64,000 nucleotides of DNA from Octopus sinensis (taxonomy: Eukaryota). A program made the position numbers and the translations under genes. The stretch spans positions 113,336,001 to 113,400,000 of the forward strand of contig NC_043003.1 in the NCBI RefSeq assembly GCF_006345805.1, written 5' to 3'. Under the pieces are notes generated by a model that made no database searches, was not told the origin of the DNA, and saw only the letters and a program-made list of their open reading frames with translations. Below are positions 40,075 to 51,473 of the stretch, one piece after another (position 1 is the stretch's first letter; each line of letters opens with the position of its first letter).

Positions 40075-40475
40075 AGGCGCAGGAGTGACTGTGTGGTAAG
40101 TAGCTTGCCTACCAACCACATGGTTCTGGGTTCAGTCCCACTGCGTGGCACCTTGGGCAAGTGTCTTCTACTATAGCCTCGGGCTGACCAAAGCCTTGTG
40201 AGTGGATTTGGTAGACGGAAACTGAAAGAAGCCCGTCGTATATATATATATATATATGCGCGTGTGTATTTGCATGTCTGTGTTTGTCCCCCTAGCATTG
40301 CTTGACAACCGATGCTGGTGTGTTTATGTCCCTGTCACTTAGCGGTTCGGCAAAAGAGATCGATAGAATAAGTACTGGGCTTACAAAAAGAATAAGTCCC
40401 GGGGTCGAGTTGCTCGACTAAAGGCGGTGCTCCAGCATGGCCGCAGTCAAATGACTGAAACAAGTAAAAGAGGAA
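40075..40475 (+). mobile_element. tRNA-derived SINE family A, full length
   Basis: tRNA-like head with A/B-box-like motifs, internal TA microsatellite, A-rich tail. Confidence 0.92.
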
Positions 40476-40915
40476 AGATAAAAGAGAGAAAATTATAGCT
40501 TCTTCTCCAAATATTATCCAGATATTTAATTAGCTACCTCAATTACAATCGGGTCAAACTGGGGGCAAAATTTCTTGAAAATAGTCCCTGTCAGCTCTGT
40601 TTCAAACTCTCAATTTCCTACAACCATGTAAACCAGGGGTTCTGAACCCTTTTTTTTTTTTTTGCCTGTCGTCCCTTTGATTCCTATTTTACTCTTGTGC
40701 TTCACCCGCCCACACACACCATATCCATTTGATGTTTTAAAATTCATATTGTGTCTTTATAATTTAATATTGTTAGGACTTGTATAAAAATTGTACAAAT
40801 ATCTCGTCTACTGTAGACCTATAAACAATTTATAAACTAAATTTTATGGAAAATGAATGTTCACAACTAGAATTAGTCTTAAATATAGAAGTATATATTT
40901 ATTAAAATAAGACAC

Positions 40916-41326
40916 GGATCTTTTCGGTTTGAACGGCAGTTTTTAACATAATTTCTAGGTAACTAAAAAATTTTAAATTTCGTATACTGGTAGAATGTGT
41001 TTATAAAACATCTTTTTCTCTTGGCTTTATTGAGAAAATTCTGTAGTTTGTAAGATATCTGTTGTTTTTTTTCTTCAATTTCTGCAATTTCAACCAATCA
41101 ATGACGTCCATTGAGGTAAAAAACATTCTGTGCCGTATGAATATGTCCTCGTTTAAGAAAAAGATTGGGTTTATTTACATTTGTGAATAAAAAAAAGATA
41201 CCCTTCCTCCTAACCCTAACCCTAAAACAGATTGAAATGCAATAGATCGATACTAGGGTCGTAATTATGGGTGACAATTTCATATGACACCGCTAGAAAA
41301 AACTGCCGTTCAAACCGAAAAGATCC
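40916..41326. mobile_element. MITE, second copy (inverted relative to 18019-18421)
   Basis: Same TIRs; TSD taagacac/taagacag (7 of 8) at 40908-40915 and 41327-41334. Confidence 0.92.
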
Positions 41327-41527
41327 TAAGACAGTATTTTAATGTTAATTTCTTAAATGCAACTCCGGTGGTTGGTGCTGCTTTGCTAGTTTTAAAATAT
41401 TCTGCTCTAATGTTGTCAATGATAATCGAAGATCACCTTTTTCTACAATGCCGATTTGATTACGAGCTTTTGACAGTAAATTAGTGACATGGCTGACACC
41501 AGATTCAACAAGGTAAGATAAATGGAA

Positions 41528-41763
41528 GGATAAGGCGGCGAGCTGGTAGAAACGTTAGCACGCCGGGCGAAATGTGTAGCCGTATTTTGTCTGCCGTTAC
41601 GTTCTGAGTTCAAATACCGCCGAGGTCGACTTTGTCTTTCATTCTTTCGGGGTCGATTAAATAAGTCCCAGTTACGCACTGGGGTCGATGTAATCGACTT
41701 AATCCGTTTGTCGGTCCTTGTTTGTCCTCTCTGTGTTTAGCCCCTTGTGGGTAGTAAAGAAAT
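41528..41763 (+). mobile_element. SINE family C with 17-bp TSD
   Basis: TSD aggtaagataaatggaa at 41511-41527 and 41764-41780. Confidence 0.92.
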
Positions 41764-43554
41764 AGGTAAGATAAATGGAAAGCAGTAAAGTCCAACTGCA
41801 CTTCCCCACCAGAATAATGGATACTTTGTAGCAGTGTCATTTTTTTCCCATACATTATGTTCTCCATCTTTAAATCTTGCCTGAAATATTTCATCATTCT
41901 GCAATTCAATGAGATTCTCCTGCAAACATACATCAACATCATCAGCAATATTAAATTCAAAAAGAAATGTCACCCAATGCGGTATATTTAACTTCAGCAG
42001 GTCGTTAAACCGAGTTTGCATACCATCATGAAAGTTTTCAGTATAGGAAATTGTAATAATACACAACATACAATATTCATTTTCTAGAACTGTACTTTCC
42101 CTAGAAAAACAGTAATAGCTCCTTCGATCAGAGTTTTCTCCTTGAAGCTGTGTGTTAATCAAATTAATTTTATCAAATATATTTGATAAATAAAATATAT
42201 CACATTTAGTTGCAACCATTTGTTGACTGAGATTGTCGTTAGTCAGAAATGAAACAAGAGTGTATCAAAGTACAAAAAAAGCAACACAGACAATTACCTT
42301 TTGATAACCATTGTGTGATAACCACTGTGTGAATTACAAAGCATCCGAACTCTCGATTACAGAATTCATGAAAGATGCGGTCTTGTAAACAATATTACAA
42401 TAGGAAGGGCATTGTGGAGATGTGCACTTAATTGTTTCGTCAGTAATTGTTGCTGGTGTAATCACACAGTATATACAAAATACATTGTTAAATAGGCAAT
42501 AAAACCTCTGTAGCTGCCAATCATGGACGGAGCACTTGTCATAAGCACAAGCTCTTATTTTTCTGTGGGGAATATTATGCTCCTCGAAATAAGTTACGTT
42601 TTTGAAAATTGTTTTGCTTTTAGTGTCTTTTTTAAGATGTCTGGCAAAAAAAGCATTTCTTCTCTGAATTCATTACCATCCAAAAAAAAAAAATAAAAAA
42701 GAAAACGATCACATGCCAATAAAACAGCTTTACTATTTCTCAAGATAGATTCATCAAATTGAAGAGGAAATTTCTATATTTGTGATTTGGCCACAAGTTG
42801 CTTTTCTACACCTTAGCAATTTCATCAATGCACCGTGACACTGACGAGTTACTTAAAGGAATCTTACAAGGAATTTCATTAGCATTCTGTTTCATAAATG
42901 ATGAAATTTTGACAGATGCCGCTGGCAAAATTACAGCTTCACCAATAGTATTAGGTTTCCCAACCTTTGCTATCATTTTAGAAATTTCATAGGATGTCAG
43001 TCGACCATTATCATTTTTACACAGCTCATTAGTAAATAAGTGATTCACCATTTTCCTTGCTTGGAATTCATTGCACGGTTTTCTAAAATATTCTACTGGA
43101 TTGTTTTACTTGTCTTTGAGCTTGGTCTCTGAATGGATTTTAAGCTGAGCTGGCTTTATACAATTATTTGACAGTTCACCCATGCATACGAGACACATTG
43201 GTTTCGCTTCATTCTATGACGATGGAATAAAGCTGTAAGGTAGATATTCAACGGAATACTGTCGGAATTTCTTCTTAGTCGGAGGGGTAGAATTTTGATT
43301 TAAGCACTCTCATATTAACGCTTCGTAACTTTTCTATTTTTTGGAATTTTCAAAAAAGTTTAGCGAATTTGTCTTCTACACATGGGAATTCAAAGACTAT
43401 GCAAATAAAATTTTGTGTGTGACTTAGGCAATTTAGCCGTTGTTTTTAGCACATCGCACAACCACCTGATACCTTCCCCGTTTCTTTGTCACTATGATGC
43501 ATTGATATTGTTCAAGTACCAATCGAAAGCGGAGATCGATTTTCCATTCGTCAG

Positions 43555-43665
43555 GGATGGCCAACTTTTAAAGAATATTCTAATCACGGAAGCCAAAGAA
43601 TTAATTCAGAATCTCGTTCGAAGGATGAAGATGACATGCAACCTTTAATACATTTGGAAAACTAA
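43555..43665 (+). other. Candidate terminal coding exon (unverified)
   Basis: Acceptor-like ttttccattcgtcag, open frame GWPTFKEYSNHGSQRINSESRSKDEDDMQPLIHLEN*, non-repetitive downstream sequence with AATAAA near 43960; no homology recognised. Confidence 0.2.
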
Positions 43666-44981
43666 AGGGATTGACAACTATGTTATGAAATCTCTGTAAC
43701 ATCTGATTTCATACATACTTTTTTGCGCGAGATCCTTCATAGCCAAGTCTAAAAGATAATTTTCACAGTTTTCCAAACGATAAAGTCAGACGTCATTTCA
43801 GTGTAGCTTCGTACAAAAACCAATTTTAAAATAATTGTTTAAACAATATGATTTGCTTTGCTTGTTGCGGTTTTGTAAATTTACCGGGTATTTGTATTCA
43901 TCTAAAAACTGAAAGGTACACACAACGTCGACACACTTTAAAAAATTAAGCTGAATTAAAATAAAATAACTTTGCTAAATTAAATCCTTGACGTGAGAAA
44001 CTGACAAAGTTCCTTCAGATATTTTTCGCGTTGCAACATTTGTTTTTACTTAACGTTTAAAATTAAGACACTTGGATAAAAAATGCTTTCTAATTAGATT
44101 CTGAAATTTACGAATTAACTGTCAAACCTTTCTTTTGTGTTTTAATCTTAAATACAAAATAACAGTTACGTGAACTTCCTTTAAAATTGTATCTTCTCTG
44201 TTTTCGTTCCAAGTGATTTAAAACACAAAACGGAAAATATAATTTGTAATCGTACCTGCGTTTATTAATTATCTCATTTCTGCTAAGTTTATAATCTAGT
44301 TATGTCGCCACCAACATGGCGACTTGTCTCGACGGGGTTGTTTCTGTTAAATTCAAATTGTTATTGTTCTCAACAATATTCATCCCAGGAACATCTCTAA
44401 ACCAATAGAACCGATTGGCATCGACTCATAACAAACTCGTTTTATGCTTATTTATAAACTATATATAACAACTATCCATTAAAACTCTCTTGTTTTTCAA
44501 TAAGTTAGGATAAGATTTGAGGAGGCAGAATTGATGGCTATTTGTCGCCGATTGTTCGATCCCGTTCAGAGACACTCTGTCTTTACAGCACTTTTTAAAA
44601 TGGTTTCTCTATATCCTCTTTCTACTATGATCTAACTGAGACCATGGAAACAGGCGACGGTGTAGACCGTTACCAGTAAAAAAAAACCATAATGTCACAC
44701 AAACCTCTCTTTTAATGTCTTAATATATCAAAACTTTTGCAAACATCCCTGTTAATCCTCTTAAATCTCTCCACAGTGACCCTCAATGACGATTTCTGTA
44801 CAGTTAGGCCGCTAGAAGCTTTCTCCTTTATGGATGTTCTAACACTTTAAAGCCCCCACGAAGCTAACATTGTTGCCCTTATTACTCAGAAAACCTGTAA
44901 GAGTTACCGGAAATTCTTGATTTAATCAGAATTCCTACACTTCCTTCTCTATATTAATAACCTACTTATAATTATTTATAA

Positions 44982-45031
<50 letters not shown>

Positions 45032-45399
45032 TCGTCAATGTGTAAGTGATACAAGATTCGTCATTCATTTTTTAATGTTTCATTCACAAGTGTCATTGAC
45101 TCAATCTATAAACAACTCCCATCAAACGTTCACTGAAAATAATATTCAGCCAGGATATAACGGCGGAACATCCGTCGACCACCACCAGATACAATCAATA
45201 TACAATACTGTATAATGGGAATCTTTCCTATAAATAAACAGCGAAGAGATAAAGCCATCGATAAAAACACGAAGCATGACTATCATATATGAATACCATA
45301 GCAAGGCCGCATAGAATGGCAAAATCTTTGATTTAAAACATTTACCTCTGAGTTCAAATTCTGTTGACGCTGACTTAGAAGACAGTGACGGTTTATAGT

Positions 45400-46420
45400 T
45401 CCAAAAATCCAAAGGATAAAATCGTGTTACTTCGCCTTCTCAACAAATAAGCTTTATCGTTCGATGATAGAGACCTCTACTCAGCGAAATGAGAAACAAC
45501 TCATCATATTCAATATAAAGGTCTCAACCTTTCCTCTTTTCAGGCTCATTATGCCAAACTTCTTGGGTTTAAATTCCATCTTGACATCAACAGTAAAGCA
45601 GTGGACCGTATTCACCGAGGAACCCATTTGCACCTCATCCTTGCCATACGGTTTCAAATCATCCATGAAGAAGAGATGCTTGATTCTTGTGGTTTCCTTT
45701 TAACTGATTCATTTTCCTCAAGATCAGAGAGATCCTGCGAAGAACAAAAAGCAACGGTGATAAGCTATCTCCTTGTAACATACCTCACCTGATGCTCAGG
45801 GTTCCCAAGCTTTGTCCGGACTATCTCTACTCAGTTTTCCAACCCACCATGTTTCTCTTCAGAAAACATGTTTCGTTCCTTGCAATTCCAAAACATAAAA
45901 CTCGAATTCCAAAACATAAAATATCGAACCAGATCGTACGTTTTGTGATAGCCAATCCAGGCCATTCCCAGATTTGTCTTACATTACCATTTTATCAATA
46001 ATTAGTTTTTGATATCTCGCCATTTCCTCCGACAACTCTTGTGTTCCAATGGTAAAATAAATGTAATTATTACCAAGAAATTTGTACATTTCTTCTGCAA
46101 CCTCTCCTGGCAGTAACTTCCACATTAATGAAAGGAAAGAAATTGGCCTGTAAATGTCGGCAGCATTTCCTTTCGATACATCTTTCAAGCACAACAGGTC
46201 AACCACCTGGAATTTCTTCTTCTCCATCGATCAATGCATTAAATTACTCTGCAGTCAATTTATGCTTTCAGCTGAACGTTTTTATCCAAAATCCCTGGAT
46301 GCCATCAGGTCCGGCTGCTTTTCAATTGCTCATCTTTTTGCTCGTATTTCTGATGCTGTCTTCGATAAGGAGAATAGCATCTTGCTAGAGATAAGAAGTT
46401 GTTTACTTCAAACAGCAGAG
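45400..46420 (-). mobile_element. R4/Dong-like LINE RT remnant
   Basis: KAAGPDGIQGFWIKTF; [14 protein letters not shown]; FMDDLKPYGK..MEFKPKKFG. Confidence 0.8.
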
Positions 46421-46645
46421 CGACTGAGCATCTTTTCACGTGCATATTACTTAATTCGCCGTAAAATGCAGACGCAGGGCCAGATGGATCCTTCGAACAT
46501 TCAAATCGAGAGAACAGGAAACCGTGATTGCCCTCTGGAGGACATCGTACTCTGCAGTCTAGATTACTTCTCCCAACTGTGATCAGCAAAGAGTGTAAAA
46601 TTAACGACGGAACTCGAGGCTATCCAGCGAAGCTACACAAAAAAT
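46420..46645 (+). mobile_element. CR1-group fragment (same family as 51474-54377)
   Basis: WILRTFKSREQET; ELEAIQRSYTKK. Confidence 0.75.
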
Positions 46646-46942
46646 GTAGCAGATTCGAATCTGCTACATTCTATATAAATTCCCTACTGGGAAGGACCAA
46701 CTTTCAGAGAATTTTACATTGCTTATAAACTTTACATCTGGATGGACTCATACTAAACTCTGTTGGACTTTTGGATTTTACTCAAAGGATATTGGAATAT
46801 TAGACATATATACTATTATGCCTATAAAACGGATTTATGAACTCAATAAGCATACACATCTTACATCTATTTTCTTTCCTCCACCTCACTCTATTTTGTA
46901 TCACATCTAAACTAACTATGACTTAATTTTTCCTCTCACACC

Positions 46943-46994
46943 GTCTCCGATGAAGGGATATTATTAATTAATATTCTAGAAACAGCTGTAAGAC
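46943..46994 (+). ncRNA. Minimal type I hammerhead motif, CCGAUGA core variant, in a PLE-type terminus (~46650-47100)
   Basis: gtct-CCGATGA-ag-ggatatta(ttaat)taatattc-ta-GAAA-cagctg-TA-agac. Confidence 0.6.
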
Positions 46995-47977
46995 CTCCTA
47001 TCTATAAATGCTCTAACATCTACAAAGCCTTGGGTTTTTTTATCTCATTACGCAAAAAAAATCATATAGACACACGTTGACATAGAACCAACGTTGAACC
47101 CCTTATTCGCAATATTACCGAATCTGGAACTTAACTATGGTCTGTCTATAGCACTTATTCAGCATTAGCTGACACCTTGGGTCTCAATGATACCATTATC
47201 TCTTATAACCTCAACTATATATATATACACGTATAGATGTATGTACATATACGTATGTATATATATTACTATATGATTGAACGCCACGCATCCTCTTCCA
47301 AGTAAGTTTTATCTTAATAATTCTGATGCGCACTCTATAGTTTTTTACTCTTTCGTTTTTCTCTCTTATTCTTTTACCTCTTCTCCCACTTTTCTATCCT
47401 TATTACTCAGTCACTCTCTCTCTCTCCCTCACTCCTCCTCCCTCGCTCACGTGGATTCCACGTAAACATCGGCCATCTTTCTTTCTCTCCGTTGTAGCTA
47501 GAACAAGGAAGATGTGTTCTTGTTTGTCTCCAGTCCTAGCTTGAATTATGCGTTCGCCGCCACAACCTCGTTTAGGCTTAGCAGCCCTTCCTGTTTGTTT
47601 TCACTGTCCTGTTTGTGTCACCTATTTTAACCCTCCGCAAAATCCCAAGTTTTATTTACTTTGTTTTGCGGGAGCAACTGTTTTATCAAAAGCATATAAT
47701 GTTAAATGCTCGAAATACGAGAGTAGAATAGCAGTCAACAACTGATGAAGGGTCGTTCTTTATGTTTGTTTTGTTTTCAATTTGTGTCTTTCGTTGTTCG
47801 AAAGAATAGTTCATGCTCCATGTACTCGTGCTTCGTACTTTTTTGTTTTCCACGTTTCGTGACATCCTGTGCCCACATAAACATATATAAATACATATAT
47901 ATATATATACATACAGATGTAAGTATGCACCTATACGTATGTATGTTTATATGTATGTATATATATAAAGGGGGTAA

Positions 47978-48308
47978 AGACCCCCTTCGGTCATGAATGA
48001 CCATGGGATTGCACCTAGAAAGTTACCCTCCTAGACACAAGTCCGGGCAAGGTTGGTTATGGAAGACCAGCAGTCGCCCATGCATACCAGCCTCCCCTCT
48101 CCACGCCACCAGTGTTATCCAAGGGAAAGACAAAGGTCGATACAGCTTGGCACCAGTGACGTCGCAACTCATTTCTACAGCTGAGTGAACTGGAGCAACG
48201 TGAAATAAAGTGCCTTGCTCAAGGACACAACACGCAGCCCGGTCCGGGATTCGAGCTCACAACCTCACGATCGTAAGCTCGACGCTCTAACCACTGAGCC
48301 ATGCGCCA
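47978..48308 (-). mobile_element. tRNA-derived SINE family D, full length
   Basis: Head ggcgcatggctcagtggttagagcg..gctcgaatccc. Confidence 0.92.
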
Positions 48309-48319
48309 TATATGCATAT

Positions 48320-49720
48320 TATGTCCTGAAGATGTGTCAACATCAAATTGCACTCCCTCTAGGCTACATTCCTGACCATTTTCTTTCCCAGTCTGTCATT
48401 CGAGTCTTCAAAAAGGGAAACAAATCTCTTGCAGTGAACTATCGTTCGATCTCACTCACCTCTCATATCATTAAAGTATTTGAGAGGGTGGTGAGATCGC
48501 AAATAACTCACTTCCTCGAAGACAACAATCTGCTGAACCCCAACCACCGTGGTTTCCGTGAGGGCAGGGACTGCCTGTCGCGGCTTCTGCACCATTTTGA
48601 TGACATCTTAAAAGCGTTGGGAGTGGGCTCCAACACTGACATCATATACCTTGATTTCAGCAAGGCATTTGACAGAGTGGACCACAAAATCCTGCCGAAG
48701 AAACTGTCCAACACTGGAGTCCGTGGAAAGCTCCTGCAGTAGATGAAGCGTTTCCTGGCGAACAGAACCCAACATGTTGTGTTTGAGGGAACACGATCCA
48801 GCTCAGCCAAAGTCAGTAGTGGTGTCCCACAAGGTACTGTGTTGGGCCCACTCCCCTTCATTATTGACATCAACGACATAGTAGATGTCATCAAACATTC
48901 TACATTGAAAATCTTTGCAGATGATTCCAAACTCCAGAAAGCCATAAACGGTATAGGAGACCGCACATGCCTTCAGTCAGACCTGTTTGCTATTGTCCAA
49001 TGGGCGGAAAAAACAATACGCTTTTAAATGTATATAAGTTTGATTTGATCAACTTTGGAAAAGAAGAAACTCTGAAATTACCATATGCTCTTCCCTCGAA
49101 CAACTCCCTAGTGTCATCCAACAACACCAGAGACCTTGGAGTAATTGTTGAGAACAATATAAGCTGGAGTTCCCCCGCTAACAGCAAGGTTGACTTGGCC
49201 TGCAAGAAATACTCCTGGATTCTGAGAACTTTCCGATCTAGAGATGTCTAGACCATCATTTTTAACTACTCTACTTTTGCCCGACCCCTCCTTGAATACT
49301 GTTGCCTACTGTGGTCCCCCCCCCCATACGAAGCAACTCACTATGAAAGTAGAAGCACTCCAAAGGTCAATAACAAGAAAATTAGACGGCATGAGAGGCA
49401 TTGATTATTGGAGACAACTAAAAAGACTCAATCTCTACTCTCTCCAACGCCGCAGGGAGCGCGACATTATTTGTGTTATGTGGAAAATATTCCATCAATA
49501 TTGCACAAAAGATGCTGGCATCAATTCCAAAATCCATCCAAGACTTGGCCCCGGCTATCCGCCCACTACAAAAATCGAACTCGGTACACATAGCAACGTT
49601 ACGTCACAATTACTTTACCTCAACTGGTCCAGCTTTCTTTTATACCAAAATACATAAGAACGGAAACGGATCCCATAAGAATTCAAATGTTCACTGGACA
49701 AATTTCTTCAAAATATTCCG
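48320..49720 (+). mobile_element. CR1-group LINE RT pseudogene fragment
   Basis: IYLDFSKAFDRVDHKIL; SGVPQGTVLGPL; IFADDSK; LEYCCLLWSP. Confidence 0.92.
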
Positions 49721-49759
49721 GACTCGGAAATGGTAGATGAAGGATAAGGCAGATGAAGG

Positions 49760-49863
49760 GGCTATAGCAGAAGGCACTTGCCCAAGATGCCACGCAGTGG
49801 GACTGAACCCAGAACCATGTGCTTGGTTAACAAGCTACTTACCACACAGCCACTCCTGCGCCT
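49760..49863 (-). mobile_element. SINE family A head
   Basis: Reverse complement of aggcgcaggagtggctgtgtggtaagtagcttg.. Confidence 0.85.
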
Positions 49864-50386
49864 ATATATGTATATACATATATGTATGTATATATATATA
49901 TATATGTATGTAAATATATATGTATGTAAATATATATGTATGTATATATTTATGTATGTATATATTTATGTATGTATATATATATGTATGTATATATGTA
50001 TGCATATATATATGTATGTATATATATATGTATGTATATATATATGTTTGTATATATATGTGTATATATATATGTATGTATATATATATGTATGTATATA
50101 TATGTGTATATATATATGTATGTATATATATGTGTGTGTATATATATATGTACGTATATATATGTGTGTGTGTGTATATATATGTATGTATATATGTATG
50201 CATATACATATGTATATATATATGTATGCATATATATATATGTATGTATATATATATATGTATGTATATATGTATGCATATATATATATGTATGCATATA
50301 TATATGTATGCATATATATATGTATATATGTATATATATATGTATGTATGTATATATATATGTATGTATGTATATATGTATGTATG

Positions 50387-50425
<39 letters not shown>

Positions 50426-50668
50426 GTATATGTATGTGTATATATATATGTATGTATGTATATATATGTATGTATGTATGTATATATATATATGTATGTA
50501 TATGTGTATGTATGTATATATGTATGTATATATGTATATATATATATGTATGTATATATGTATATATATATGTATGTATATATGTATATATATATGTATG
50601 TATATATGTATGTATATATGTATATATATATGTATGTATATATGTATATATATATGTATATATATATG

Positions 50669-50717
<49 letters not shown>

Positions 50718-50742
50718 ATATGTATATATATATATATGTATA
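49864..50742. repeat. Complex (TA)n/(TATG)n microsatellite, about 880 bp
   Basis: Direct reading. Confidence 0.97.
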
Positions 50743-50781
50743 TAACTTCATAACTTTAAAATTGAATAGAAGATATGAAAT

Positions 50782-50825
50782 CCACCTGATGAATGTCATT
50801 TGAAGACAGGAAACAATTGTAGTGG
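50782..50825 (+). ncRNA. Minimal type I hammerhead ribozyme in a PLE pseudo-LTR-like terminus (50750-51008)
   Basis: ccac-CTGATGA-a-tgtc(atttgaa)gaca-g-GAAA-caattg-TA-gtgg. Confidence 0.7.
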
Positions 50826-51296
50826 CGATTTATTTACTTTATATTAAAATTTTTTTATGTATTGATTAAGTCTTTCCTTGTTTGATTTGCAAAATAGTGG
50901 TTTTGTCTCTAATTAATATTATATAATATTTTACTATAAAATTGGATTCAATCCTAAATCTGATTTTTCCCTGTAAATTTGGATTTATTCCCTAATATTT
51001 ATTATTATATGTATATATATATGTATGTATGTATATATGTATATATATGTATGTATATGTGTATGTATGTATATATGTATGTATATATGTATATATATAT
51101 ATATGTGTATATATATATGTATGTATATATGTATATATATATATATGTGTATATATATATGTACGTATATTGTATATATATATATGATATATGTATATAT
51201 ATAAAAATATTATTAGAGACAAAACCACTATTTTGCAAAACAACAAGGAAGACTTAATCAATACATAAAATTTTAATAAATAGTCAAAAAAAACCG

Positions 51297-51339
51297 CCAC
51301 TACAATCGTTTCTTGTCTTGATCGACAATCTTCAGGTGG
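51297..51339 (-). ncRNA. Minimal type I hammerhead ribozyme
   Basis: Minus strand: ccac-CTGAAGA-ttgtc(gatcaa)gacaa-GAAA-cgattg-TA-gtgg. Confidence 0.78.
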
Positions 51340-51473
51340 ACTTCCAATCTAAAAAATCAATATTTTAAATATAAAAATAATAATTTTAAAATAATTAAAG
51401 TATGAATGAAAAAATATAAGTATATAATCCATATATAACCTATCTATAATCCATATATAATCAATATATAAAC

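Larger units (their letters stand above)
40634..43320 (-). mobile_element. Decayed hAT (Buster/Charlie, ZBED5-like) transposon with nested MITE and SINE
   Basis: PMCLVCMGELSN..KPAQLKIH (BED-finger-like); SYEISKMIAKVGKPNTIGEAVILPA..PLSNSSVSRCID; FPSIYLVESGVS..GDLRLSLT; TIR-like caggggttctgaaccc at 40634. Confidence 0.85.

Noticed and set aside
42806-43051. Host ZBED5/SCAND3-like gene
   Set aside because: Numerous stops, frameshifts and nested insertions identify it as a dead hAT copy
49778-50803. Long ORFs rich in Y/I/M/C/V (also 4075-4690, 10311-11122, 55216-57170, 58989-59354, 62062-63172)
   Set aside because: These are translations of stop-free microsatellites, not proteins
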